Below the pieces are notes generated by a model, which saw nothing but the letters and a program-made list of their open reading frames with translations, ran no database searches and was not told the DNA's origin. A stretch of DNA of 64,000 bases from Schmidtea polychroa (Eukaryota), in NCBI GenBank assembly GCA_044892525.1, contig CM097885.1, positions 5,396,001 to 5,460,000 of the forward strand, given 5' to 3'. Position 1 is the first letter of the stretch, and each line of letters begins with the position of its first letter. A program made the translations under genes and the position numbers. Shown one piece after another: positions 63,831 through 64,000 of this stretch.

Positions 63831-64000
63831 ATGACCAAGAAAATTGCAGGGACCGAAAAACCTAAAGAAGAACATGTACAACCGGTTCAAATATTCCACA
63901 ACTACAAAATGTATTTTTTAAAAGAAGTCAATATGAAATTGGTTGCACTGGTCAAACTAATTCCAACTTAATTTCAATTCTTATCCGGCACGCTTTCAAT

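Overview
Very AT-rich eukaryotic (animal) genomic DNA with short GT-AG introns and (TTA)n/(TA)n microsatellites. A planarian-like host is plausible, but this is inference only. Left part: the first three exons of a furin-type proprotein convertase (minus strand, continuing past the window start), with an intact IS630-Tc1-mariner DD34E transposon in intron 3, and an intronless ABC-F ATPase gene just upstream. Right part: a 4-exon cathepsin L gene with an in-frame stop and a minimal hammerhead ribozyme in intron 1. The centre is a Polinton/Maverick (adintovirus-like) element 'A' (22109-56593; AGTAGT...ACTACT termini, 6-bp TSD ATAATT). It encodes pPolB, a membrane protein, fiber-like protein, penton, adenain, a pX-like core protein, packaging ATPase, a PLA2-integrase fusion and the major capsid protein. 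Its polB is split by a 16,041-bp non-coding palindromic element 'B' (30620-46660; AGTA(G/A)...CT ends, 6-bp TSD TACGAA, about 7.3-7.8-kb inverted arms). A itself sits inside an older, diverged copy of B-arm sequence, giving reciprocal B-in-A-in-B nesting. A carries tRNA-like Pol III (A box/B box) cassettes at both inner TIR ends, reminiscent of adenovirus VA RNAs. Its left TIR has captured an inverted 3.75-kb copy of the neighbouring cathepsin L locus.
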